Positions 1 to 8,762 of a DNA stretch of 64,000 nucleotides are shown piece by piece. Made by a program: the position numbers and the translations under genes. Each line of letters begins with the position of its first letter. Positions within the stretch are counted from its first letter, which is position 1. Source of the DNA: Thermoflexus sp. Its GTDB lineage: Bacteria > Chloroflexota > Anaerolineae > B4-G1 > SLSP01. The DNA lies in the NCBI GenBank assembly GCA_020722365.1, contig DYKY01000001.1:15357-79356 (forward strand). Direction: 5' to 3'. The notes beneath the pieces are model-generated. The model searched no databases, was not told the origin of the DNA, and worked only from the letters and a program-made list of their open reading frames with translations.

Positions 1-2
1 CG

Positions 3-116
3 CTGGCGTTTATGGAAGCGCGTTACGCGAAAGGGGCAGTCTCTGCCGGGCGCACGTGGACGCGGGACGAACTCTACGAAGAGCGATTAGGTCGCTATGG
101 CAACCTGGCTGATTGA
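3..116 (+). CDS. Partial CDS, C-terminus of a VapB-like antitoxin. The N-terminus lies outside the window.
   Basis: Frame 3 reads ...MEARYAKGAVSAGRTWTRDELYEERLGRYGNLAD* and its stop overlaps the start region of the downstream PIN gene, the typical antitoxin-toxin arrangement. Confidence 0.4.
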   Translation: MAFMEARYAKGAVSAGRTWTRDELYEERLGRYGNLAD

Positions 117-552
117 CACCAACATCCTGATCTACGCCTACGATCAAGCTGCGCCGGAGAAGCAACGACGCGCCATTGATCTCTTGGCCCACATACGCGC
201 AGCGCGCTTGGGCGCTGTCAGCGCCCAGACCCTATCAGAATTCTTTAGCGTCGCAACGCGCAAATTGACACCGCCTTTGACCCCTGCAGAAGCCGAAAAA
301 CAACTTCAAACCTTTGTGGCGCAATGGTCGGTGCTACCTGTAACGGAGAAAGTAGTTTTGGAAGCCGCACGCGGCGCGCGAATGTACCAGTTTCACTTTT
401 GGGATGCCCAAATCTGGGCCGTGGCGCGGCTCAACGGCCTTTCCCTGGTCTTCAGCGAGGATTTCAGCCTCACTGCCGTTATTGAAGGCGTGCGCTTCGT
501 GAACCCCTTTGCGCCGGATTTTGAATGGGCAAATTGGAAAGATAAGCACTAA
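97..552 (+). CDS. vapC: PIN-domain ribonuclease toxin (VapC family).
   Basis: N-terminus WLIDTNILIYAYD and conserved acidic residues of a PIN fold. 151 aa. The upstream antitoxin-like ORF overlaps. Confidence 0.75.
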   Translation: MATWLIDTNILIYAYDQAAPEKQRRAIDLLAHIRAARLGAVSAQTLSEFFSVATRKLTPPLTPAEAEKQLQTFVAQWSVLPVTEKVVLEAARGARMYQFHFWDAQIWAVARLNGLSLVFSEDFSLTAVIEGVRFVNPFAPDFEWANWKDKH

Positions 553-567
553 CAAAATCGGAAAACC

Positions 568-576
568 TGGTATAAT
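568..576 (+). promoter_or_regulatory. Extended -10 promoter element TGGTATAAT upstream of the TPP riboswitch.
   Basis: TGnTATAAT match located ~30 nt upstream of the aptamer. The same 9-mer recurs at 30601-30609 upstream of the GNAT gene. Confidence 0.4.
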
Positions 577-603
577 AGAACTGTAGCACCTTGAAACGAT
601 ATA

Positions 604-700
604 CCGGCCAGGGGAGCCTGAGACGCAGGCTGAGAGGGTATCCGTCAGATACCGACCCTAGAACCTGATCTGGATCATACCAGCGGAGGGAGGCGCACCC
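604..700 (+). promoter_or_regulatory. TPP (thiamine pyrophosphate) riboswitch aptamer (THI element).
   Basis: Hallmark THI-box core CTGAGA (twice) and ...ACCCTAGAACCTGATCTGGATCATACCAGCGGAGGGA, read directly in the sequence. Downstream genes are a thiamine pyrophosphokinase and a thiamine-type ABC importer. Confidence 0.8.
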
Positions 701-708
701 GATAACAA

Positions 709-751
709 CATCCCTGCACAAGCCCTCCGGCCGGCAGGGATGTTTCTTTGT
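709..751 (+). terminator. Intrinsic terminator acting as the riboswitch expression platform.
   Basis: CATCCCTGC...GCAGGGATG forms a 9-bp stem, followed by TTTCTTTGT. Confidence 0.65.
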
Positions 752-784
752 CAACGGATTGAGCGGATTGAAACGGATTTTTTC
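747..784 (+). repeat. Copy (a) of the triple-heptamer motif TTTGTCAACGGATTGA(G/A)CGGATT..ACGGATTTTTT.
   Basis: Three direct (A/G)CGGATT heptamers at ~10-11-bp spacing. Near-identical copies are at 1683-1719 and on the reverse strand at 62463-62503. Each sits upstream of a gene in the same orientation. Confidence 0.7.
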
Positions 785-840
785 TCGGAAGGCAGACTTT
801 CGACCTTCGACTTCTGGCTTTGGACTATTCCGAGGAGACT

Positions 841-1491
841 ATGCGTATTGTAATCTTCGCCAACGGCATCATCGACAATCCCGCCGAAGCCGCCCGGTGG
901 GTGCGGCCCGGCGATTGCGTCGTCGCAGCGGACGGGGGGACGCGGCACGCGCTGGCCGCCGGCCTCACACCCGACCACGTCATCGGCGACCTGGATTCGC
1001 TTTCGCCGGAGCAGCGCGCGCGCCTCGAAACCGCCGGAACGACGCTGCACGTGCATCCGCCCGCCAAGGATGAAACCGATCTTGAGCTGGCGCTGATGTG
1101 GGCGGCGGCGCAACCAGACGTGACGGAGATCGTCATCCTGGGCGCGCTCGGCGGACGCCCGGATCAGGCGCTTGCCAACCTGCTGCTGCTCGCGTTACCG
1201 GCGTTGGCGGGGCGCGAGACCGTCATCGCCGACAATGCGTGGACAATCCGTTGTCTGCGCGGCGGCGAGACAATGACCTTCCGTGGCCGGCCCGGCGACA
1301 CGCTCTCGCTGCTCCCGCTCGGCGGCGACGCTGCCGGCGTCACAACCGAGGGTCTGGTGTATCCGCTGCGCGACGAAACGCTACACTTCGGCCTCACGCG
1401 CGGTGTCAGCAACGTGTTCGACGGCGAGACGGCAACCGTCTCCCTGCGCACCAGCCTTTTATGGTGTTTGCATCAAAACCAGCGATTTTAA
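841..1491 (+). CDS. thiN: Thiamine pyrophosphokinase.
   Basis: VVAADGGTRHALAAGLTPDHVIGDLDSL matches the TPK catalytic-domain signature (AADgG ... GDfDS). RBS GAGGAG precedes the ATG at 841. The ORF track start at 820 is probably too long. Confidence 0.7.
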   Translation: MRIVIFANGIIDNPAEAARWVRPGDCVVAADGGTRHALAAGLTPDHVIGDLDSLSPEQRARLETAGTTLHVHPPAKDETDLELALMWAAAQPDVTEIVILGALGGRPDQALANLLLLALPALAGRETVIADNAWTIRCLRGGETMTFRGRPGDTLSLLPLGGDAAGVTTEGLVYPLRDETLHFGLTRGVSNVFDGETATVSLRTSLLWCLHQNQRF

Positions 1492-1682
1492 CCGCAAATC
1501 ACGCGAATCTTCGCTAATTCCAAGAAAGCGTCATCATGAACGGGTTCACCAGCGGGGACGAAAATTTCATCACGGAGGCACAAAGGCCACAGAGTTTTCT
1601 GTATTTTTCCGTGTTCTCCGTGTCTCAGGGGTTTATTTACAAGGAGTCTCCATGTAGGGAACCACACCAACGAGGACTAAAA

Positions 1683-1719
1683 TTTGTCAACGGATTGAAC
1701 GGATTTTAACGGATTTTTT
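1683..1719 (+). repeat. Copy (b) of the triple-heptamer ACGGATT motif, upstream of the thiamine SBP gene.
   Basis: TTTGTCAACGGATTGAACGGATTTTAACGGATTTTTT. Confidence 0.7.
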
Positions 1720-1770
1720 AACTTTCAACACGCAACTTGTAACTTTCAACTATTTTTGAAGGAGGTTGAG

Positions 1771-2832
1771 ATGAAATCGCGTATTGTATTGATTGTAGTT
1801 GCGCTCCTGCTACTTGCCGGATGCGCGAAAGCGACACCGGAGGCGGCGACAGGCGAACCCCGCGAGCTGCGGGTCATGGTCTACGACAGCTTCAGCGTCA
1901 GCGAAGACGTCATCGCGCGCTTTGAGGCCGAAAACAACGCCACGGTGCAGTTCCTCAAGGCCGGCGACGCCGGCAAAATGCTCAACCAGGCCATCCTTTC
2001 GCGCGACAATCCCCAGGCCGACGTGCTCTACGGCGTGGACAACACCTTCCTCAGCCGCGCGCTGGATGCCGACATCTTTGAGCCGTACAAGGCAAAGAAC
2101 CTCACCGCCATCCCCGAAGCGCTGCACCTGGATGACCACTACCGCGTCGTCCCCACCGACTTCGGCGACGTGTGCCTCAATTACGACAAAGCCTACTTCG
2201 ACGAGCACGCGCTCACGGTCCCGCAAAGCCTGGCGGATCTGACGAAGCCCGAATACAAGGGCCTGCTCGTCGTGGAAAACCCTGCCTCGTCGTCGCCGGG
2301 ACTGGCCTTTCTCATCGCCACCATCGGCGTTTTTGGCGAGGATCGCTATTTGGACTTCTGGGCCGACTTGCGCGCCAACGACGTGCTGGTCGTGGACGGC
2401 TGGGACACCGCGTACTACAACGAGTTCAGCGGCGGCGCGTATAGCGAAGGCATCCGCCCGCTCGTCGTGAGCTACGCCACCAGCCCCGCCGCCGAAGTCT
2501 ACTTCAGCGAAGGGGCGCTCACCGAGCCGCCGACCGGCGCCGTCACCGCGCCCGGCACGTGCTTCCGCCAGATCGAATTTGCCGGCATCCTCAAAGGCGC
2601 GGAAAATCGCGACCTCGCCGAAGCCTTCATCGAATTTCTGCTCAGCGACAATTTCCAGGCCGACATCCCGCTGCAAATGTGGGTCTTCCCCGCTAACCCC
2701 AACGTAACCCTGCCGCAAGTCTTTACCGACTTTGCCCTCGAAGCCGCGGAACCCGCCGAAGTCCCCGCTGCCGCCATCGAAACCAACCGCGAGCAGTGGA
2801 TCGAGGCGTGGGCGGAAGTTGTTCTTAAGTAG
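1771..2832 (+). CDS. thiB: Thiamine/TPP ABC transporter substrate-binding lipoprotein (ThiB/TbpA-like).
   Basis: Signal peptide with lipobox LLLAGC and a periplasmic-binding-protein (iron/thiamine type) fold pattern. GGAGG RBS precedes the ATG at 1771. Lies in the riboswitch-controlled operon. Confidence 0.6.
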   Translation: MKSRIVLIVVALLLLAGCAKATPEAATGEPRELRVMVYDSFSVSEDVIARFEAENNATVQFLKAGDAGKMLNQAILSRDNPQADVLYGVDNTFLSRALDADIFEPYKAKNLTAIPEALHLDDHYRVVPTDFGDVCLNYDKAYFDEHALTVPQSLADLTKPEYKGLLVVENPASSSPGLAFLIATIGVFGEDRYLDFWADLRANDVLVVDGWDTAYYNEFSGGAYSEGIRPLVVSYATSPAAEVYFSEGALTEPPTGAVTAPGTCFRQIEFAGILKGAENRDLAEAFIEFLLSDNFQADIPLQMWVFPANPNVTLPQVFTDFALEAAEPAEVPAAAIETNREQWIEAWAEVVLK

Positions 2833-2850
2833 ACGGTAGACGGTAGACGG
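2829..2850 (+). repeat. Tandem heptamer repeat (GTAGACG)x3 between the SBP and permease genes.
   Basis: GTAGACGGTAGACGGTAGACGG. A related array lies at 63692-63727. Confidence 0.8.
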
Positions 2851-2870
2851 GGGGAGAGAGGGAGCATAAC

Positions 2871-4559
2871 GTGCCTGACAACATCGATCACGAATCACAA
2901 ATCACGAGTCGCAACTCGCAGCTCTTAACTCGCAACTCGCTCCTCGCTCTTCCCCTTCTCTTTCTCCTGCTCTTTTACTTCTACCCGTTGGGCGAAATTT
3001 TCCGCGTGAGCCTCACGTGGGACGCGGGGCCGGCGCCGGATGCGCTGCTTGCACGGCTGTTCGGCCCGGCGACGCTGCGGACACTCGGCTTCACGGCGGG
3101 ACAGGCACTGCTCTCCACGGCGCTGACGCTGCTGCTCGGCCTGCCGGGAGCTTACGTTGTCGCCCGCTACGACTTCCCCGGCAAGCGCCTGCTCAACGCG
3201 CTGACCACCGTGCCGTTCGTGCTGCCCACCGTCGTCGTGGCGGCGGCGTTCACGGCAGTCCTCGGCCCGCGCTCGCCGCTCAATCAAATGCTGATGAACG
3301 CCTTCGACCTCGCGCACCCGCCGCTCGACCTGCGTTACACGCTAGGCGCGATCCTGCTGGCACACGTCTTCTACAACTACACGCTCGTGCTGCGCATCGT
3401 CGGCGGCTTCTGGGCCAACCTCGACCCGCACCTGGAACAGGCCGCGCGCACGCTCGGCGCGTCGCCGTGGCGCGCCTTCGTCGACGTGACGCTGCCCCTG
3501 CTCATGCCCGCGCTCGCCGCCGCCGCCCTGCTCGTCTTCATCTTCTGCTTTACCAGCTTCGGCGTGATCCTCATCCTCGGCGGGCCGCGCTTCGCCACAC
3601 TCGAAGTCGCCATCTACCGCCAGGCCATCGACATGGGCAACTTTCCGCTCGCCGCCGGGCTGTCGTTCGTCCAAATCCTCTGCACCCTCGCATTGACCGT
3701 CGTCTACACCCGGCTGCAAGGCCGGCTGGCCCGTCCTCTGGAATTGCGCCCGCGGTGGATTACACAACGCCGCCCGCGCACATGGGGCGAAATCGCCTTC
3801 GTGCTCGCCAACGTCGGGCTGGGCGCGGCGCTCCTGGGATTGCCGCTCGTGACGCTCGCCGCCCGCTCCTTCGACGCCGGCCTGCGCTACTACACCGCCC
3901 TCTTCGAGAACCCGCGCGGCTCCATCTTCTACGTGCCGCCGGTCGCCGCGGTGGGCAATTCCGTCAAATTTGCGTTGGGGACGATGGCCCTGGCGCTGCT
4001 GCTCGGTGTGCTTACCGCGACGGCGCTCTACCGCCGCAAACAAGGGTGGATGCTGGACGCGCTGTTTATGCTGCCACTCGGCACCTCCGCCGTCACGCTC
4101 GGCCTGGGCTACCTGCTGGCAATGGCGCGCCCGCCGCTGGCCCTGCGCGGTACGCCCGCCCTCATCGTCTTCGGGCACACCCTTGTCGCGCTGCCGTTCG
4201 TCGTGCGCAACGTTATGCCCGCGCTGCAATCGATCCGCCCATCGCTGCGCGAGGCCGCCGCCACGCTCGGCGCGCCGCCGGCCCGCGTCTTTGCGGAAGT
4301 GGACCTGCCCATCGTCTGGCGCGCGCTTGCCGTCGGTGCAGTCTTCGCCTTCACCGTCTCCATGGGCGAATTCGGCGCCACGTCGATGATCGCCCGCCCG
4401 GAACTCCCCACCATCCCCATCGCCATTTACCGCTTCCTCTCCCAGGCCGGCGCGCTCAACTACGGGCAAGCCCTGGCGATGTCCACCCTCCTCATGGCCG
4501 TCTGCGTCGTCGGCTTCGTCGCCATCGAAAGCCTCCGCCCGCCGGGGAGCGAGTGGTGA
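2871..4559 (+). CDS. thiP: ABC transporter permease with duplicated transmembrane domains (ThiP-like, thiamine/iron(III) type).
   Basis: 562 aa with ~12 predicted TM helices and two copies of the ABC permease EAA-like loop. GTG start with a strong RBS GGGAGAGAGGGAG. Confidence 0.65.
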   Translation: MPDNIDHESQITSRNSQLLTRNSLLALPLLFLLLFYFYPLGEIFRVSLTWDAGPAPDALLARLFGPATLRTLGFTAGQALLSTALTLLLGLPGAYVVARYDFPGKRLLNALTTVPFVLPTVVVAAAFTAVLGPRSPLNQMLMNAFDLAHPPLDLRYTLGAILLAHVFYNYTLVLRIVGGFWANLDPHLEQAARTLGASPWRAFVDVTLPLLMPALAAAALLVFIFCFTSFGVILILGGPRFATLEVAIYRQAIDMGNFPLAAGLSFVQILCTLALTVVYTRLQGRLARPLELRPRWITQRRPRTWGEIAFVLANVGLGAALLGLPLVTLAARSFDAGLRYYTALFENPRGSIFYVPPVAAVGNSVKFALGTMALALLLGVLTATALYRRKQGWMLDALFMLPLGTSAVTLGLGYLLAMARPPLALRGTPALIVFGHTLVALPFVVRNVMPALQSIRPSLREAAATLGAPPARVFAEVDLPIVWRALAVGAVFAFTVSMGEFGATSMIARPELPTIPIAIYRFLSQAGALNYGQALAMSTLLMAVCVVGFVAIESLRPPGSEW

Positions 4560-4674
4560 ATGAGCGAATGGGAGAATCAGCGAATAAAAGAATGGGAAAT
4601 CAAGCATCGAGCATCCGGCTTCAAACAACGACAACTCGACTAACGACTATCAGACTAGCGACTACAGGACTAAA

Positions 4675-5727
<1,053 letters not shown>

Positions 5728-5825
5728 CCATCAATCCAGGCTTCCGGCGTCAGCACCGGCAGTAGATCGCGCAACTGCCCCCACCGCTGTCGGTCGCGGA
5801 TTGTGAATTTCCAGGCGAAAAACCC

Positions 5826-5854
5826 TTGACAAAGGGAAAAACCGGCTGTATAAT
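5826..5854 (+). promoter_or_regulatory. Consensus sigma70 promoter (TTGACA-17bp-TATAAT).
   Basis: Exact -35 TTGACA at 5826-5831 and exact -10 TATAAT at 5849-5854, separated by a 17-nt spacer. Confidence 0.7.
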
Positions 5855-5861
5855 CAATTAT

Positions 5862-5875
5862 AGAACATCTGTTCT
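5862..5875 (+). promoter_or_regulatory. Putative LexA operator (Cheo/Gram-positive-type SOS box) number 1.
   Basis: AGAACATCTGTTCT is a perfect GAAC-N4-GTTC palindrome overlapping the predicted +1 of the consensus promoter. Confidence 0.55.
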
Positions 5876-5923
5876 AATAATATCACACCACGCTTTGGCG
5901 TGTTCTTTTTTCGCTTTAGGATT

Positions 5924-5937
5924 AGAACATTTGTTCA
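5924..5937 (+). promoter_or_regulatory. Putative LexA operator (Cheo-type SOS box) number 2.
   Basis: AGAACATTTGTTCA, GAAC-N4-GTTC. A short hairpin plus T-tract (5886-5910) lies between the two boxes. Confidence 0.5.
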
Positions 5938-5947
5938 TAAATAATTA

Positions 5948-6023
5948 AGACTACAAAAGTCTCAGCCCGTACTTCAACGCAAGTATTTGCTTGAACAGGT
6001 GTCGCACAAGACTTTTGTAGTCT
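5948..6023 (+). repeat. 15-bp perfect inverted repeat (AGACTACAAAAGTCT ... AGACTTTTGTAGTCT) with a ~46-nt loop, in the 5'UTR of the FtsK-paralog operon.
   Basis: Read directly in the sequence. The loop contains a smaller hairpin CAAGtatttgCTTG. The RBS GAGGAG and the ATG at 6044 follow. Confidence 0.8.
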
Positions 6024-6043
6024 CAGTATTGTGAGGAGACCCT

Positions 6044-7171
6044 ATGTCACGTTCACTACGTCCTTATTTGGAATACCAGGCCGATCGGGTAGAAGCCGTG
6101 CTGGCCGCGCATCGTACACCGGGACGCGTCACGGGAGGTACAGTCGGGCCTCGGTCGATCCGCTTCTTCTTGAATCCCGCACCGCACATCCGCTTTGCGT
6201 CGATCAAGCGTTTGGCCGATGACCTGGCGCTGGCGATGCAGGTCCCCACCCTCAACGTCGACCGGGGCAAGGAAGGCGTGATTCTGGAATTCTCCAACCC
6301 CAATCCGCGCCCGGTGACGCTGCTCAATCTGTTACCTGAAGCCATGCCTATGCCGGTAGCTACAGCGCTGTTAGGTCTCACCGACGACGGCGCGCCCTTG
6401 CTCGCGCGGCTATCCGCGCCAGAGGTAGCACACATTCTCGTCTCCGGCACTACGGGGTCGGGCAAGTCGGTGCTGTTGCGGACCATAGCGGCGTCGCTGG
6501 CGCTCACCCACACGCCAAGTCTGCTGCAAATGCTGTGCATCGATCCAAAAGGTCGCGCGTTTCCGGCTTTTAACGGCATCCCCCATCTCACCCGTAAGCC
6601 GATTGTCGATGTAGCGGAGGCATTAGAGGCGCTGCGCTCGGTGGTACGCGTGATGGACTCCCGCGACCGGCGTGGCGAAGCGCCGATCGCCAGCCGCAAC
6701 GCTATCGTTTCGCACGATGAAGGGATACAAGGCACATCCATCCCACGCATCGTCATCTTCATCGACGAGCTGGCCGATTTAGTGATGCAGGGCGAAGCGC
6801 CGTTCACCGACACGTTGACACGCCTTGTCCAGCGTGGCAGACAGGCAGGCATCCACGTCATCGCGGCGACACAGCACCCCTCGTCCGCCATCCTCAGCAG
6901 CGTGATGCGGGCGAATTTTCCACTGCGGCTGGTAGGTCGTGTCGTCTCAGCGGATGATGCCAGAGTCGCATCGGGGAGAGCGGGGACAAACGCGCATCTT
7001 CTCAATGGACGCGGGGATTTTCTGGCAGTCAGTGGTGGGGAAAATCCGATTCGATTTCAAGTAGCCTATATCGATGAGAAGGAGCTTAGACAACAAATGG
7101 CAATGCTGAGCGGCACTGTGGCGCCCTATTCAGCACAGTTGCCGGTATTGGCCTATAGGAGTGCAGCATAA
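6044..7171 (+). CDS. Soluble FtsK/SpoIIIE-family DNA-translocase motor paralog (alpha/beta ATPase domains only).
   Basis: Walker A SGTTGSGKSV and Walker B IVIFIDELADL, collinear with the motor domain of the canonical FtsK at 16085-18496 (IDPK..GIPHL.., ATQ..S). Lacks the N-terminal membrane domain and the gamma winged-helix domain. Confidence 0.8.
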   Translation: MSRSLRPYLEYQADRVEAVLAAHRTPGRVTGGTVGPRSIRFFLNPAPHIRFASIKRLADDLALAMQVPTLNVDRGKEGVILEFSNPNPRPVTLLNLLPEAMPMPVATALLGLTDDGAPLLARLSAPEVAHILVSGTTGSGKSVLLRTIAASLALTHTPSLLQMLCIDPKGRAFPAFNGIPHLTRKPIVDVAEALEALRSVVRVMDSRDRRGEAPIASRNAIVSHDEGIQGTSIPRIVIFIDELADLVMQGEAPFTDTLTRLVQRGRQAGIHVIAATQHPSSAILSSVMRANFPLRLVGRVVSADDARVASGRAGTNAHLLNGRGDFLAVSGGENPIRFQVAYIDEKELRQQMAMLSGTVAPYSAQLPVLAYRSAA

Positions 7172-7556
7172 TATGGAAACGCGAGAACCTTTTGGCAAGC
7201 GGTTAGGACGCTTTGTGGCCTTGATCAGCATCGTCTTCACAGTAGCCTTGGTCGTCGTGGTCACACAACGGCTCAGCCAGGATTCGCTGGCATTGTTGAT
7301 CGGGCTGGCGTGCGGCGTGGGGGCAATGCTGCCGACGCTCCTGCTCGGCGTGGTGATCTGGCGGCGTGAAATGCAACAGCAACAGCAAGTATCCCGGATG
7401 CCAATGGCAACGCCGCCAGTGGTCATCGTGACGCCGCAGGGATTGCCAAATTACGGCGTGCAGCAGCCTGCTCTCAGCGATGGAGGCTTTACCTGGCCGT
7501 GGGCCGGCGTGCAGCAGCCGGCTCGGACATTCACGATTGTCGGCGATGAAGAGTAA
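7161..7556 (+). CDS. Small membrane protein with a poly-Gln tract (2 predicted TM helices).
   Basis: Hydrophobic segments FVALISIVFTVALVVVV and LLIGLACGVGAMLPTLLLGVVIW, followed by QQQQQ and a Pro-rich tail. Start and stop overlap the neighbouring genes (operonic). Confidence 0.5.
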   Translation: MQHNMETREPFGKRLGRFVALISIVFTVALVVVVTQRLSQDSLALLIGLACGVGAMLPTLLLGVVIWRREMQQQQQVSRMPMATPPVVIVTPQGLPNYGVQQPALSDGGFTWPWAGVQQPARTFTIVGDEE

Positions 7557-8460
7557 AACGATAAGCGAGGGCACGATGGGCGCACACTTCAGAAATCTGT
7601 ATGAGCGTTTGAAGACAATGCTGGCGCAGCGCGATACGTTTGCGAGCGATGGTGCGTTGCGCGCACTCTTCGCGGAGCCGCGCCTATGCGAATGGCAGGC
7701 AAATCTGCCCTATACCCACAGCCGCGAGCGGCGCGTCGTACAAACCATCCACTATCTGCACGGCCAGTATAACATCGATCACGAGAACGGTCTGGTGTTG
7801 CTACTCCAGGTGCTCAGTGAGCAGGCCGGCCTAGATGACGACTTCCAGTTGGCCATGAGTGATATGGCCGAGCGGGTGCAATATATGATTCACAAAGACA
7901 ACCGCGAACGACTCAACAAGGTGTTATCCGGGCTGGATTTTGACCCAACACTGCAACCGGAAGCACCCTTCGCCGGTCAAGTCATTGCCGGTACGGGCAA
8001 CGTCGTGATGACGTGCATCGACACGCTGAGGCCAGGGGAGGTCTACCGTCTCGGCGTGATCGGCAGCAGTATGGAACACGAAGGCATCTTCGAAGGCGAC
8101 GAGGTAGTGATGCGCGTCTTTTTCAATTCCGAGTGGCCTGGCGAAGGGGACATGATCGTGACCAAGTATCTGCCTTACGGCGCTGAACCGGAGTTTAGCG
8201 CGGATTTCATCGGGACGGACTTGCTGGGACCGACGCTGAAGGTCTTCCACCAGAAAGCCAACGGCGAGTTCCACCTGGGATGGCGCAAGGACAACGTCGC
8301 CTGGACATCCACAGTATGGAAGCGGCTCGCTGCACCAGGCAACGCGCAGATGATTGTGACACGCTACATCGCGCCCATCGGCAAGGTGATCGACGTCAAA
8401 AAGCGGCGCGTGTGGAATTTTGCAATCCGCACAGGTTTGTGGATTTTGGGAGGTGACTGA
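7546..8460 (+). CDS. Two-domain protein: unknown alpha-helical N-terminal domain plus a C-terminal S24 (LexA/UmuD-like) self-cleaving peptidase domain.
   Basis: GVIGSSMEHEGIFEGDEVV matches the catalytic-Ser motif (G-x-S-M ... GD) and MIVTKYL matches the catalytic-Lys motif (VTVKRL in LexA). A candidate Ala-Gly cleavage site sits in FAGQVIA|GTGNV at ~7987-7992. No recognisable winged HTH at the N-terminus. Confidence 0.65.
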   Translation: MKSKTISEGTMGAHFRNLYERLKTMLAQRDTFASDGALRALFAEPRLCEWQANLPYTHSRERRVVQTIHYLHGQYNIDHENGLVLLLQVLSEQAGLDDDFQLAMSDMAERVQYMIHKDNRERLNKVLSGLDFDPTLQPEAPFAGQVIAGTGNVVMTCIDTLRPGEVYRLGVIGSSMEHEGIFEGDEVVMRVFFNSEWPGEGDMIVTKYLPYGAEPEFSADFIGTDLLGPTLKVFHQKANGEFHLGWRKDNVAWTSTVWKRLAAPGNAQMIVTRYIAPIGKVIDVKKRRVWNFAIRTGLWILGGD

Positions 8461-8705
8461 TGCTATTCAATCTAGCAGCGCGCCGTGAACCGATCCGGCT
8501 CATCGCACGGAACCACAACTACTTTCCACAGCGGTTCATGTGGCGCGGGCAACAATACCGCGTGCATTCAGTCATCCGCGCGTGGACGGAGATGAAGCGG
8601 AAAGGGACCTTGTACTTCTTTCGCGTGCGTTGCCCGGAGGGCGTCTTCGATCTGTGCCAGGATTTGTCGCTCAATGCCTGGTATCTGGCACGGCAGGTAG
8701 AGTAG
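8460..8705 (+). CDS. Hypothetical small protein (81 aa).
   Basis: ATG overlaps the upstream stop (TGATG). No recognisable domain. Confidence 0.4.
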   Translation: MLFNLAARREPIRLIARNHNYFPQRFMWRGQQYRVHSVIRAWTEMKRKGTLYFFRVRCPEGVFDLCQDLSLNAWYLARQVE

Positions 8706-8762
8706 GAAGATGGATAGAGATGGGGAGAGAGATAGAGATAGAGGGCGGGATTGGAGGGAAAA

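Noticed and set aside
8460-8705. WxG-like turn (MWRGQQ) in the 81-aa protein next to an FtsK-family ATPase, which suggested a type VII (ESX/Ess) secretion module.
   Set aside because: The FtsK paralog has a single ATPase domain and no TM segments, unlike EssC/EccC. The small protein contains Cys/Pro and no helical-hairpin pattern. There are no EsaA/EssB/YukD-like neighbours.
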